Shown: positions 41,970 to 53,249 of the stretch, piece by piece
Position numbering within the stretch: position 1 is the stretch's first letter
How the letters are laid out: each line of letters starts with the position of its first letter
From: Deltaproteobacteria bacterium
Lineage (GTDB): Bacteria > Myxococcota_A > Polyangia > Polyangiales > Houyiibacteriaceae
Assembly: GCA_034670305.1 (NCBI GenBank)
Contig: JAXMNT010000004.1
Coordinates: forward strand, 160,001 to 224,000
DNA length: 64,000 nt
Direction: 5' to 3'
Position numbers and translations under genes: made by a program
The notes under the pieces: generated by a model
What the model was told of the DNA's origin: nothing
The model's database searches: none
Seen by the model: the letters and a program-made list of their open reading frames with translations, nothing else

Positions 41970-43951
41970 TGTTCGCCAGACCCGGACTCCACGAGCCCCG
42001 GGTCAAGCGCACACGAACATCCCGCCTGCCACGACGCGTGGTGACCGGCCTTGCGATCGCCCTGCTCGCGGGCTGCGCGAGCAACAGCGGGCTCGAACTC
42101 AGCGTCGACGTGCGCACGGATCTCGTGCCCGGCCGCAACTTCATCGGAGTCCGCGTCGAGCACTTCAACGCCGACCGGTCGCGCACCCTCAACCGCGCAG
42201 ACGCGATCGCGACCCTCAGTCAGGACTACTTCGAAGGCTACCGCGTCGCCGACTTCGAAGATGTGCCCGGCGGACCGCAGCTGTTGCTCGTGTCCCTCAT
42301 CTCGCCCGACGGAGACGTGGTCGCGAGCCGACTCACTTCGCTCGACCTCAACTCCAGCTACGCGGTGACCGTGGTGCTCACCGCGAGTTGCAGCGGCATC
42401 GAATGTCCCGGCGAAGGGGACGACCCAACCTACTCCGCCTGCCACGGCGGCCAATGCGTCGACCCCCGTTGCAGCGTGGAAGAACCCGAGTTCTGCGGAC
42501 CGCAGAACTGCACGACCGACGACGAGTGCAGCTCGCCGGTGCCGTGCGGTGTTCCGATCTGCCGGGTTGGGGTGTGTTTCGTCCGGCTCGACGATTCGGC
42601 GTGTCTGGATGGCGAGGTCTGCGACGTCGAAGGGTGCATTCCGGACCCCGCCGTGGTGATGATGGACGCCGGCATGGACGACGGCGGACCCGACTGCCCC
42701 GCCAGCGAGACGCTCTGTTCCGATGGCCGCGACGACGACTGCGACGGGCTCACCGACTGTGAAGATCCCGACTGCGAATCCGAGTCGTGCGACGACGGCA
42801 ACCTCTGCACGACAGCCGACGCGTGCGGCGACGCGGGCACTTGCGTCGGCACGCCGGTCGTGTGCGACGACGAGAACGCATGCACCGACGACGCATGCGA
42901 TCCCGAGACCGGTGGGTGCGAGAGCGTGAACAACACCGCCAGCTGCGACGACGGACTGTGGTGCAACGGCGCCGACTCGTGCGCGGGCGGGGCTTGCACC
43001 GAACACAGCGACCCGCCCTGCCCGACCTTCTGCAACGAGACCTCGATGGCGTGCGAAGCGTGTCGGGGTCCGGACGACTGCGGCACCGTGACGTTCGGCG
43101 GGTGGGGCTCCTGCGGAGGCTACGCGGACTCGTGCGATGAGACCGGCACCCAGAGCCGGACCGTCACCACGCCCACGTGCACCGCCGGCATGTGCGGGAC
43201 GGTCGTCACCATGGAATCCCAAGGCTGCATGCGGGACACGGACGGAGTCACGTGCGGCTCGACGACCATGGGCGGATGGAGTGGCTGCAGCGGGTACACC
43301 AGCACCTGCGACGAGACGGGCAACCGCACCCGGACCATCACGATGCGCCAGTGCGCGGCGGGAAGCTGCGCGAACATGGACAGTGTCGAAAACGGAAGCT
43401 GCGGTCGCGACACCGACGGGACCTCCTGCGGCACCACGACGTACGGCGCGTGGGGATCCTGCGGCGGGTACAGCAACGCATGCGACGAGACGGGGAGCCG
43501 CAGCCGGACGTGCACCGCGCGCTCGTGTGTGGCCGGCAGCTGCGCCTCGCAGAACACGACGCAGAACGGGAGCTGCGGCCGGACGGTGAACGACGGCACC
43601 GTGTGCGGCGGAAGTGCGTGGCAGGTCTGCTGCGGACCGAGCTGCGTGGACACGAGAAACAACAACGCGGCGTGCGGCTCGTGTGGACAAGCGTGCGCGG
43701 GCGGACTCACCTGTGCCGCGACAGGAAACGGGGGCTACGGGTGCCGCTCCTGCACCGCCAACTCTCAGTGCACGGGCTCCCTGGACTCCGACGCCACGTG
43801 CTGGAACGTGGCCGCCCCGCCTGCGTACTGCCAATGCCAGTGTCCTGGCGCCGGCCATCAGATTTGCGCCGACGCGGGATGCGGTCCCGGCATGTACTGC
43901 CACGATTGCAGCGGCCACAACTGGTGCGCGCCCTTCCCCGGCAGCTGCTGA
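41969..43951 (+). CDS. Cys-rich lipoprotein with Dictyostelium-type and thrombospondin type-1-like repeats
   Basis: Lipobox LAGC; CDDGN.CT.D.C repeats; three ~58-aa W..C.GY...CDETG...RT repeats. True start is probably near 42037. Confidence 0.85.
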   Translation: MFARPGLHEPRVKRTRTSRLPRRVVTGLAIALLAGCASNSGLELSVDVRTDLVPGRNFIGVRVEHFNADRSRTLNRADAIATLSQDYFEGYRVADFEDVPGGPQLLLVSLISPDGDVVASRLTSLDLNSSYAVTVVLTASCSGIECPGEGDDPTYSACHGGQCVDPRCSVEEPEFCGPQNCTTDDECSSPVPCGVPICRVGVCFVRLDDSACLDGEVCDVEGCIPDPAVVMMDAGMDDGGPDCPASETLCSDGRDDDCDGLTDCEDPDCESESCDDGNLCTTADACGDAGTCVGTPVVCDDENACTDDACDPETGGCESVNNTASCDDGLWCNGADSCAGGACTEHSDPPCPTFCNETSMACEACRGPDDCGTVTFGGWGSCGGYADSCDETGTQSRTVTTPTCTAGMCGTVVTMESQGCMRDTDGVTCGSTTMGGWSGCSGYTSTCDETGNRTRTITMRQCAAGSCANMDSVENGSCGRDTDGTSCGTTTYGAWGSCGGYSNACDETGSRSRTCTARSCVAGSCASQNTTQNGSCGRTVNDGTVCGGSAWQVCCGPSCVDTRNNNAACGSCGQACAGGLTCAATGNGGYGCRSCTANSQCTGSLDSDATCWNVAAPPAYCQCQCPGAGHQICADAGCGPGMYCHDCSGHNWCAPFPGSC

Positions 43952-44012
43952 AAAGGTCGGCCCTCCCGGTCTTCTTGCAGCCGGCCGTGGCGTAGTTTGG
44001 TACAACCACACC

Positions 44013-45128
44013 GTGCATCGGGGTGTACGAGATTTGATTCGCTGGGTCAGCGAACACGAGGCCGACGAGGACGTCCAGCTGAACCCGCCGGCGTCCACGG
44101 CGGACATCGCGGACGTCGAGCAGATGCTTGGCGGACCGCTGCCCGCGGACCTGAAGTTGGTCCTCACGCGGTTCAATGGGGGTGCGTTGCCCGCTGGCGA
44201 GCTGCTCCCCGCCGGCCTCGAGCCGGGGACCATCGGTCACACGGTCCGCGAGTACGCCGAAGCCGTGGGCGGTGACTTCCTCGACACCGAGCTCTTGCTG
44301 CCGTTCCACCGCACGCCGGAGGGGAGTTTGCTCGCCTTCGATCGGAGCGCCGGTCCGGTCTCCGACACCTGGCCGATCGTCGACTACTACGAGGACACCG
44401 ACGAGCACCGGCTGATGTACCGGACCTTCGACGGCTGGTGCCGGGTCTGTGTCGCCGAGTGGACCTCCGATGATTTTCATCAGGAGTTCACGCTCGACAC
44501 CTACCTTCGTTCCGGTGCCCGACATGCCGAAGCCGAACCCGACGTGGCCACCGCGCACGCCACAGTGGCCCACGCGCTGCGTCGCGCCGGACGTCCCCTC
44601 GATGCGCTCGAAGCGTACTTGCGGGCTGCTCGGTGTGTACCGGAGCTTCCTTGGACCGATTGGGAGGCACTGAAGCTCGCCGCGATCCTCGACCAACGCG
44701 ACCAGGCGTTCGAAGCGGCCACCCGGCTCTGCAGCTGGGCGCCTGCGGCGCGCTGGGGACAGCGCGAGACCACGCCGGCACGGGTCGCCGAAGTGATCGG
44801 TCCGCTCGCGTTTCGCGGCGGCGACGACGAACGCTGGATGCGTTTGCTCGAGCAGCTGCTGGAACAGTCCGACGAGGAAGACCAGCCCGTGGTCGATGCG
44901 ATCCGCGTCGCGACCGGCGCTGGGGACCCGCCCCCACCGGTTCGGCCCTTCCGAGCGGAGAGCGTCGTGCCGCGCGTGCCAGACCTCGACGCGTGGTGGG
45001 CCGCCGCGGTGGCCGCGTTCTCGGCGGGCACCTTGCGGGACGAGGACCTGCTGCTCGACCCGGAGATGGTGCACCTCGGCCGGGTGCGAAACTTCGCAGA
45101 GCTGCTCCAGATCCGCCGCGACTTCTGA
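44013..45128 (+). CDS. SMI1/KNR4 family protein with TPR-like C-terminus
   Basis: LNPPAS..DI.DVE..LG..LPADL...L..FNGG; LLPF; TFDGW. Confidence 0.85.
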   Translation: MHRGVRDLIRWVSEHEADEDVQLNPPASTADIADVEQMLGGPLPADLKLVLTRFNGGALPAGELLPAGLEPGTIGHTVREYAEAVGGDFLDTELLLPFHRTPEGSLLAFDRSAGPVSDTWPIVDYYEDTDEHRLMYRTFDGWCRVCVAEWTSDDFHQEFTLDTYLRSGARHAEAEPDVATAHATVAHALRRAGRPLDALEAYLRAARCVPELPWTDWEALKLAAILDQRDQAFEAATRLCSWAPAARWGQRETTPARVAEVIGPLAFRGGDDERWMRLLEQLLEQSDEEDQPVVDAIRVATGAGDPPPPVRPFRAESVVPRVPDLDAWWAAAVAAFSAGTLRDEDLLLDPEMVHLGRVRNFAELLQIRRDF

Positions 45129-45130
45129 TC

Positions 45131-45223
45131 GCGGCGAGCCGCTTCGCGAACCACATGCGGCTCCGGACCCGATGGTCGCTTCGCTCGCGCGGGCCCACTG
45201 GACCCGCGGGCCGTCGCATGTGG
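45131..45223. other. Intergenic hairpin element
   Basis: CCACATGCGGC(45151-61)/GTCGCATGTGG(45213-23) stem enclosing GCTTCGC; preceded by GCGGC-GA-GCCGC and TTCGCGAA. Confidence 0.55.
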
Positions 45224-45338
45224 GCATCGACCGCGACACGGATCACAGCCTCCCGCACGAAGACTTATCGAAGCGCTTGTGGAAGTTGGGCGCCCGCGAA
45301 GTCGCCAACTCCGCTGGAGCATCCTAGGATCGCGCGTG

Positions 45339-47522
45339 ATGCGTTCCGTCCTCTGTGTGTTGATGCTCGTCCTCGCCAGTGTGTTGCCCCGCGTGGGCAG
45401 CGCCCAGAGCGACGCGACCGAGCCGGCGTCCACCCCCAACCGCTTCGAAGCGCACTGGGTGGACGGAGAAGAGTCGGCTGCGTTGGCGGCTTTGCGGCTC
45501 GCCGAAGAAGAGATGTTCCGGCAAGTGGCGCAACCGCTGGTGGCCAGGGCCAGCGTGACGGTCGGCATCCCTCCGAGCGCGACCAGCGCTCCGGCGCACC
45601 GCACCGATCACCCGGCCGCGGTCGGCACCCCGCGCTGGCTCGAAGGACTCACGTTGCCGGATCTCCCGGTGCGGTTTCACGACCGCGTCGTGCGCTACCT
45701 CGAGTACTTCCGGGACTCGCGCCGTGGTCAGTCGTTGATGCGTGCATGGCTGCGGCGTTCGAGCCGGTACGGCGGCATGATCACCCAGACCCTGGAAGCA
45801 CGCGGCTTGCCCCGCGACCTGCGCTGTGTGGCGATGGCCGAAAGCGGATTCGATCCCACCGTCCGGTCCCACCGCGGCGCACTCGGCATGTGGCAGTTCG
45901 TGCCGCGCACGGGACGCGAGTACGACTTGAACTCGAACCGGTGGTTCGACGAGCGCATGGATCCCATCAAGTCGACCGACGCGGCCGCGCGCATGCTCGG
46001 CGACCTGCATCGACGGTTCGGAAGCTGGGAGCTCGCGCTGGCCGCATACAACATGGGCTACGGCGCCCTGCTTCGCGCCATCCGCAAGTACAACACCAAC
46101 GACTACTGGGTGCTCGCGGATCTGGAAGCAGGCCTCCCCTTCGAGACCACCATCTACGTGGCGAAGATCATGGCGTGTTCGGTGGTGATGCGAAACACCG
46201 AGACCTTCGGGTTCGGAGAACTCACCCGCGACCCGCCCCTCGAGGTGGAACCCTTTCATGTGGGCGGCGGCACGACCCTTCGGCAGATCGCGAGCGCCGC
46301 GTCGATGACGGTCGAGGAGATCTCGGCGCTCAACCCGGAGTTGCGCCGCGGGCGCACCCCACCCGGACGCGAAGGTTGGGACGTGCGGGTGCCCGCCGAC
46401 CGATTGGAGGCGTTGAGTGCGCGCTGGGCGCGGCGGCGCGCGCAAGACCATCCGACCCAGCCCTACGTGGTGCGCTTTGGCGAGACGGTGGCGATGATCG
46501 CACACCGGTACCGCACGCGAGAACGGGACCTGGTCGAACTCAACGGCATCCTCGACGACGAGACGATCGGTGCCGGCACCACGCTCCTGGTTCCGGCGGT
46601 CGAACCACGCGAAGAAGAGACGCCCGAAGAGGCGCCAGTGGTCGCGGTGCCGCAGGGTGTCCGCCCGCCCTCCGGCACGGTTCGAGTCATCTACCGCGTC
46701 TCGCGCGGCGACACGCTCTGGGAGATCGCGCGGTTCTTCGACACACGCGTGGCGGCGGTGGCGGAGTGGAACCAACTCGACCCGCACGCGACCTTGCACC
46801 GCGGCATGTACCTGCAGCTCTTCGTCTCGCGCAGCCGCGATCTGAGCCGTGCCATCGTGCTCCAGGAGAACGACGTGCGGCTCGTCACGGTGGGCACCGA
46901 GGCGTTCTTCGACCAACACGAAGAGGCGCAGGGGCGCGTGCGCTTCCGCTACCGCGTGGTGGAAGGCGACACGATCGCGGGCATCGCCCGGCGGTTCGGA
47001 CTGTCCACGGGGAGCGTGGCGCGCATCAACCAGTTCTCGCGGCGGACGACGTTGCAGATCGGACAGGAAGTGATCGTGTACGCGGACGAGGGCCGCGTGC
47101 CGGCGAGGTTCCGCCGGCGGAGTGCGGGGGATGCCGCGGCTGATTCTGATGCCGGCGCTGCTGCTGGGGGGGATGCTGATGCTGCGGCTGATGCTGCGGC
47201 TGCGACTGACGCTGAGGCTGAGGCTGACTCCGAAGCCGATGCCGATGCCGAAGCCGATGCCGATGCCGATGCCGAAGCCGATGCCGATGCCGATGCCGAT
47301 GCCGATGCCGATGCCGATGCCGATGCCGAAGCCGATGCCGACGCCGAAACCGATGCCGATGCCGATGCCGATGCCGATGCCGATGCCGATGCCGATGCCG
47401 ATGCCGATGCCGAGGCCGATGCCGATGCCGATGCCGAAGCCGAAGCCGACGCCCAAAGCGACGCCGATGCCGACGCCGGGTCTGCCGTTGCCGACACGAC
47501 CGTGGTGGAGCCGCGCGAGTGA
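45339..47522 (+). CDS. mltD: MltD-like lytic transglycosylase with LysM domains and acidic Ala-Asp tail
   Basis: MAESGF, GMWQF..TG and LALAAYNMG; several LysM motifs ([20 protein letters not shown]). Confidence 0.88.
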   Translation: MRSVLCVLMLVLASVLPRVGSAQSDATEPASTPNRFEAHWVDGEESAALAALRLAEEEMFRQVAQPLVARASVTVGIPPSATSAPAHRTDHPAAVGTPRWLEGLTLPDLPVRFHDRVVRYLEYFRDSRRGQSLMRAWLRRSSRYGGMITQTLEARGLPRDLRCVAMAESGFDPTVRSHRGALGMWQFVPRTGREYDLNSNRWFDERMDPIKSTDAAARMLGDLHRRFGSWELALAAYNMGYGALLRAIRKYNTNDYWVLADLEAGLPFETTIYVAKIMACSVVMRNTETFGFGELTRDPPLEVEPFHVGGGTTLRQIASAASMTVEEISALNPELRRGRTPPGREGWDVRVPADRLEALSARWARRRAQDHPTQPYVVRFGETVAMIAHRYRTRERDLVELNGILDDETIGAGTTLLVPAVEPREEETPEEAPVVAVPQGVRPPSGTVRVIYRVSRGDTLWEIARFFDTRVAAVAEWNQLDPHATLHRGMYLQLFVSRSRDLSRAIVLQENDVRLVTVGTEAFFDQHEEAQGRVRFRYRVVEGDTIAGIARRFGLSTGSVARINQFSRRTTLQIGQEVIVYADEGRVPARFRRRSAGDAAADSDAGAAAGGDADAAADAAAATDAEAEADSEADADAEADADADAEADADADADADADADADAEADADAETDADADADADADADADADADAEADADADAEAEADAQSDADADAGSAVADTTVVEPRE
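47130..47476. repeat. Hexamer array (GATGCC/GAAGCC)n inside the 3' end of the MltD-like CDS
   Basis: Same units as the intergenic arrays; no stop codon lies between the last LysM and the array. Confidence 0.95.
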
Positions 47523-48757
47523 TCTCTCCGGCGGAGGCGCTTCGACGGATTGTTGGGGGGGCCGTGGCGCTCGAGGCGGAGGAGGTTGGGATCTCGGAGG
47601 CGGGGGGGCGGGTGTGTGCGGAGGCGGTGGCGGCGCGGATGGATGCGCCGGCGCTTGATGAGAGTGCGATGGACGGGTTCGCGGTGCGGGCGGGCGAGGT
47701 CATTGCGGCGACCGCCGGGCGGCCCGTCTTCTTGCCGCTTCACGGAGAGTCGCGGGCGGGCGGGCCGATGCCGCCCCCGCTGCCGGTTGGTCACGCGATG
47801 CCCACCTTCACCGGGGCACCCTTGCCCGACGGCGCGGACGCCATCGTGGTGCGTGAAGACACGCAGCGCATCTCGCGCGAAGGACTCGACGCGGTTCAGA
47901 TCCGGTTCGCGGCGCCGCGGCATCACCACGTGCGACGTCGAGCCGCGGACCTGGAGGCGGGTGCAACGATCGTGGAGGCCGGTCGGCGGCTCCATGCGGG
48001 CGCCCTTGGGCTGCTCGCCAGCCAAGGGATCGACCGGCTGGCGGTGCGCCGGGCCGCGCGCGTCCGAATCTTGGCGACCGGCGACGAACTCATTCCGCTG
48101 GGGACCCCGCTGAAGCCTGGCCAGCGCTACGACAGCAACGGCCCGATGTTGTTGGCCTTGTGCGCCGAGGTCGGAGCGTCGGCCTCCGTCGTGCCGACGA
48201 CCGGCGACGACCTGGGCGCGCTCACCGCGGCGGTGGCCGGTGCGATGGCAGAGTCCGAGGTGTTGATCACGACGGGCGGCGTGAGCGTGGGTGACCACGA
48301 CCACACCCGTGCCGCGTTCGAAGCCGCGGGGGCGACGCTCGACTTCTGGAAGATCGCGATCAAACCCGGCAAGCCGCTGGTCTTCGGACGAACCGAGACC
48401 GGCGGGTTCGTGATCGGCCTGCCGGGCAACCCGGTCAGCGCCTTCGCGACCTTCCATGCGTTCGTACGGCCGCTCTTGCGGGCCCTCGAGGGCGACGCGG
48501 CGCCCTACCCGCCGGTCCTGCGGGCCAAACTTGCGGGACCCACCAAACATCGGCCGGGCCGACTCGAACTCGCCCGAGTTCGCGTCAACGGGGGGCGGGC
48601 GGTGCTGCATCCGCATCAGGGATCGGGCGACCTCAGCAGCCTCGGCTGGGCCGACGGGCTCGCGGTGTTGCCCGCCGACGCCGGCGATCTGGTCGCCGGG
48701 ACGAGCGTGGACGTGCTCCGCCTGGACGGTGGTCAGCCCGAGCCCTGGATCCTCTGA
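47519..48757 (+). CDS. moeA: Molybdopterin molybdotransferase MoeA
   Basis: [32 protein letters not shown] and [13 protein letters not shown]. Confidence 0.96.
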   Translation: MISPAEALRRIVGGAVALEAEEVGISEAGGRVCAEAVAARMDAPALDESAMDGFAVRAGEVIAATAGRPVFLPLHGESRAGGPMPPPLPVGHAMPTFTGAPLPDGADAIVVREDTQRISREGLDAVQIRFAAPRHHHVRRRAADLEAGATIVEAGRRLHAGALGLLASQGIDRLAVRRAARVRILATGDELIPLGTPLKPGQRYDSNGPMLLALCAEVGASASVVPTTGDDLGALTAAVAGAMAESEVLITTGGVSVGDHDHTRAAFEAAGATLDFWKIAIKPGKPLVFGRTETGGFVIGLPGNPVSAFATFHAFVRPLLRALEGDAAPYPPVLRAKLAGPTKHRPGRLELARVRVNGGRAVLHPHQGSGDLSSLGWADGLAVLPADAGDLVAGTSVDVLRLDGGQPEPWIL

Positions 48758-48763
48758 GCGCTT

Positions 48764-48858
48764 GCGAAGCGAGCCAGGCCACAAGATCGGGTGGCCCGCA
48801 AGATCGGGTGGCCCGCAAGATCGGCCCGCAAGATCGGGTGGCCCGCAAGATCGGGTGG
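48764..48858. repeat. Half copy of the 38-bp REP-like repeat joined to a 17-bp tandem repeat (CAAGATCGGGTGGCCCG)
   Basis: GCGAAGCGAGCCAGGCC (48764-80) followed by about 4.5 units, one with a 4-nt deletion. Confidence 0.9.
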
Positions 48859-49083
48859 AAGGGAACGCCCCGTTCGTGCGTTCTTTGTTCGTGCACACTG
48901 GCGTTGTCTCGATGCGACTTGGTTCCGGTCGGTTCTCAGCTATTTTCTCAAGAGAACCAAGGGATTGCCGGATCTGGCGTGTCCAAGGAAGACCTGCGGA
49001 GCGAGGGCACGCATGCCCCCAATCCGTCGTACACTGAACCACCACGGAAACTTTCGTCTCCGTTCCGCGTCCCAACCTCACCC

Positions 49084-51213
49084 ATGTCGCCACGTCCCAC
49101 CCCGCTTCCTCCTTCGTTGACCCGCGCTTTGGCGTCCGTCCGGCGCCGTCTCCGCACCCAGCGGGCCGTCAACGCGGGCGTGGTGTTCCTGATGGCCGGC
49201 CTCGGTCTCGCGGCGGTGGTCCTGACCCTGGCGAAGACCTCGACCATCACCGAAGCCGATTCGGTCCGGTGGCTGTATGTCGCGGGGGCCCTGCCCGTCT
49301 TGGGGATCCTGATCGGTGTGCTCCGGCCCGTCGCGCGCCTGCTTCCGGCCCAGTTGCTCGACCGGAGCCATGGCCTGCGCTCCCGCATCGCCAACGCACT
49401 CGAGCTCTCGAGCGTGGAGGAGCGGACGCCGTTCATGGACGCGGCCATCCAGGACGCGGCGGACAAAGCCGGCGCCGTGACCCCGAAACGTGCGATGCCC
49501 CTCAAGGCGCCCAAGGACCTCGGTCCGGTGTTCGTTCTCGGCGTCGCGGTCGCCGTGCTGGTGATGCTGGAGATCCCGCGCGAGGTGCCCGCGCCCGTCG
49601 TCTCGCAGCTGCAGCCGATGTTGCTGGACGGAGACTCGCTCGACGCGTTCGAGTCCAGCCTCGAGCCGGTGCTGCGCGACCAGGAGACCAGCGAAGACAT
49701 CCGGCGCGCCGCCGACCGGCTGAACCAGATCCTCGAAGACATCGCAGACCGCCGGCTCGACCGCACCGAAGCACTGCGCCGGATCCAGGAGCTCGAGAAC
49801 GAGCTCGTCGAAGGCCGCAATGCGTCCGCCGACGAGATGGAAGCGCAGCTGCGCGAGATGGGGCAGCAACTCGATCGGTCCGCCCTCGCGGAAGCGGCGA
49901 GCGAAGCGCTCCAAGACGCCGACGCGGAGCGGGCCTCCGAAGCGATGTCCGAGCTCGCCAACCAACTCGAGAACGAACCCCCGAGCCGCCAGGAGCTCGA
50001 GCAGCTTCGTCAGGCCATGGACCGCGCGAGCCAGGACCGCACCGAACAGGAGGAGCGGGAGAACGAGCAGGAGCAAGAGCGTCTGCAGAGTCTTCTGCAA
50101 CGCCAGCGCGAGCAGAACAAGACCGAGTCCGAGCGGGAGCGGCGGCTCCTTCAACGCCGACAACGACAGCTCGAGCGGCTGCAGCGCGAGCAGCAGGACA
50201 TGCAGGAGCAGCGGCGTCAGCTCGACCGGCTGCGCCGCGAGATGCAGCAAGCGGCCGAGAACCTGAACCGCGATGCTCAGGACCGAAGCCAAGCCTCCGA
50301 GCAGATGCGACGCGCGGCCGAAGAGCTGAACCGCATGGCCCGCCAGCAGATGAGCGAAGAGCAGCGTCAGCAACTCGAGCGTCAGATGCGGCAGCTGCGC
50401 GAGATGATTCGGCGTCAGCAGCAACAGCAGCAGCAGCAAGGCGGCCAGCAGCAGGGCCAGCAGGGCCAAGGCGGACAGCAGGGGCGCATGCAGCGCTTCG
50501 TGCTCCAAGCCGGTGGCCAAGGCGCGCGGCTCCAGATGCCAGGTCAGCAGGGCCAGGGTCAGCAGGGCCAGGGCCAGCAGGGCCAGGGCCAGCAGGGCCA
50601 GGGCCAGCAGGGCCAGGGTCAGCAGGGCCAAGGTCAGGGTCAGCAGGGCCAAGGTCAGGGTCAGCAGGGACAAGGTCAGGGTCAGCAAGGCCAGGGTCAG
50701 CAAGGCCAAGGCCAGGGACAAGGGCAAGGCCAGGGACAAGGGCAAGGGCAAGGCGGCCAGGGCGGGCAAGCTCAGGGCGGTCAGGGTCAGGGCCAAGGCC
50801 AAGGTCAGGGCGGACAACAGACGCTCACGCTTGGCGGCAACGGCCAAGGCAACGCGGTGCTCGAGATGCCCGGCATGGGCCAGGGTCAGGGCCAAGAAGG
50901 CGAAGGCCAAGGCGGCGGTCAGGGCGGAAGCCAGGCCGGCACCGGACACGATCCGCAGATGCTCGACGACCCGACCCACCTCCGCGGCAGCCGACAGAAC
51001 AGCCGCGTGCAGGGCGACCAATCCGGAGAAGGTCCGTCGCGCAGCGAGGTCATCCTCGGCGCGTCCGACCGTGGCTTCGTCGGCGAGGGGTACCGCGAGG
51101 TGTTCACCGACTACGAAGGCCACGCCGAAGAGGTCCTCGAGCGCGACGAGGTTCCGCCCGGCTACCGGTTCTACGTGCGCCGCTACTTCCAGCTGATTCG
51201 CCCGCGCGAATGA
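49084..51213 (+). CDS. Membrane-anchored coiled-coil protein with Gly/Gln low-complexity region (MoxR-operon associated, DUF4175-like)
   Basis: Three TM segments, E/Q/R coiled coil and (GQQGQ)n; C-terminal E.VP.GYR..VRRYF. Confidence 0.85.
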   Translation: MSPRPTPLPPSLTRALASVRRRLRTQRAVNAGVVFLMAGLGLAAVVLTLAKTSTITEADSVRWLYVAGALPVLGILIGVLRPVARLLPAQLLDRSHGLRSRIANALELSSVEERTPFMDAAIQDAADKAGAVTPKRAMPLKAPKDLGPVFVLGVAVAVLVMLEIPREVPAPVVSQLQPMLLDGDSLDAFESSLEPVLRDQETSEDIRRAADRLNQILEDIADRRLDRTEALRRIQELENELVEGRNASADEMEAQLREMGQQLDRSALAEAASEALQDADAERASEAMSELANQLENEPPSRQELEQLRQAMDRASQDRTEQEERENEQEQERLQSLLQRQREQNKTESERERRLLQRRQRQLERLQREQQDMQEQRRQLDRLRREMQQAAENLNRDAQDRSQASEQMRRAAEELNRMARQQMSEEQRQQLERQMRQLREMIRRQQQQQQQQGGQQQGQQGQGGQQGRMQRFVLQAGGQGARLQMPGQQGQGQQGQGQQGQGQQGQGQQGQGQQGQGQGQQGQGQGQQGQGQGQQGQGQQGQGQGQGQGQGQGQGQGGQGGQAQGGQGQGQGQGQGGQQTLTLGGNGQGNAVLEMPGMGQGQGQEGEGQGGGQGGSQAGTGHDPQMLDDPTHLRGSRQNSRVQGDQSGEGPSRSEVILGASDRGFVGEGYREVFTDYEGHAEEVLERDEVPPGYRFYVRRYFQLIRPRE

Positions 51214-51313
51214 ACGGCGCATCTGAAGCGCCTTCGGCACGCATCCATTCCCGTACGACACCCGCCAGCCGCGGGTGCGCACCCCACCCCAACGCACACC
51301 ACCCAGGAACCAG

Positions 51314-52312
<999 letters not shown>

Positions 52313-52313
52313 C

Positions 52314-53249
52314 TTGCTCGACTGGCTGCGCGGCAAGAAGGCCACCGACACGCGCAAAAGGGCGCGCGGTGGAGACGATCTGTTCGACGAGGAGTTTCAG
52401 CGGCGCCTCGAGTACCTGGCGATCGTGTCCCGCAAGATCTACCGCGGGCGCATGCGGGCGGAGCGCCGTTCGAAAAAGACCGGCGCGGGCATCGAGTTCG
52501 CCGACCACCGCGAGTACGCCCCGGGCGACGACTTCCGCTACCTCGACTGGAACGTCTACCAGCGCACCGGCCGGCTCTTGGTCCGGCTCTTCGAAGAAGA
52601 AGAGGACCTCAGCGTCTACGTGATCGTCGACACCTCGCGCTCGATGAGCCTCGGGGACCCTTCGAAACTCGACTACGCCAAACGCATCGCCGCCGCCCTC
52701 GCCTACGTGGCGCTCGCGAACCTCGACCGCGTCTCCGTGTTGAGTTTCGACGAGAAGATGGAGGCCCGGCTCGCGCCGACCCGCGGCAAGAACCGGATCT
52801 TCAAGGTGTTCGACTTCCTCCGGCCGCTGGTCGCCGAGGGCGAGACCAAACTCGAGGATTCGCTCAAGACCTTCGCCGCGCAGAACAAGCGGCGCGGCAT
52901 CGCGATCCTGATCAGTGATCTCTACGACCCGGCGGGCTTCGAAGACGGCATCAACCAGCTGCGCTTCGCGAAGTTCGAGCCCTTCGTGCTGCATCTCTTC
53001 GACCCGGCGGAGGTCGAACCGGCGCTTCATGGCGACGTGCGACTCGTCGACCACGAGACCGGCGAACACCGCGAGGTGACCATCACGCCGCGGGTGCTCA
53101 AGCGCTACAAAGAAGCGCACGAGAAGTACCGCAAGGAGATCGCGACCTTCTGCGGGAAGAAGCAGGTCGCCTACCACCCGCTGCGGACCGACCTGCCCTT
53201 CGACGAGGCGGTGCTCGAAGTCCTGCGCGCCGGCGGACTCGTGCGATGA
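52314..53249 (+). CDS. DUF58 domain protein
   Basis: EFADHREY.PGDDFRYLDWN; DTSRSM. Confidence 0.93.
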   Translation: MLDWLRGKKATDTRKRARGGDDLFDEEFQRRLEYLAIVSRKIYRGRMRAERRSKKTGAGIEFADHREYAPGDDFRYLDWNVYQRTGRLLVRLFEEEEDLSVYVIVDTSRSMSLGDPSKLDYAKRIAAALAYVALANLDRVSVLSFDEKMEARLAPTRGKNRIFKVFDFLRPLVAEGETKLEDSLKTFAAQNKRRGIAILISDLYDPAGFEDGINQLRFAKFEPFVLHLFDPAEVEPALHGDVRLVDHETGEHREVTITPRVLKRYKEAHEKYRKEIATFCGKKQVAYHPLRTDLPFDEAVLEVLRAGGLVR

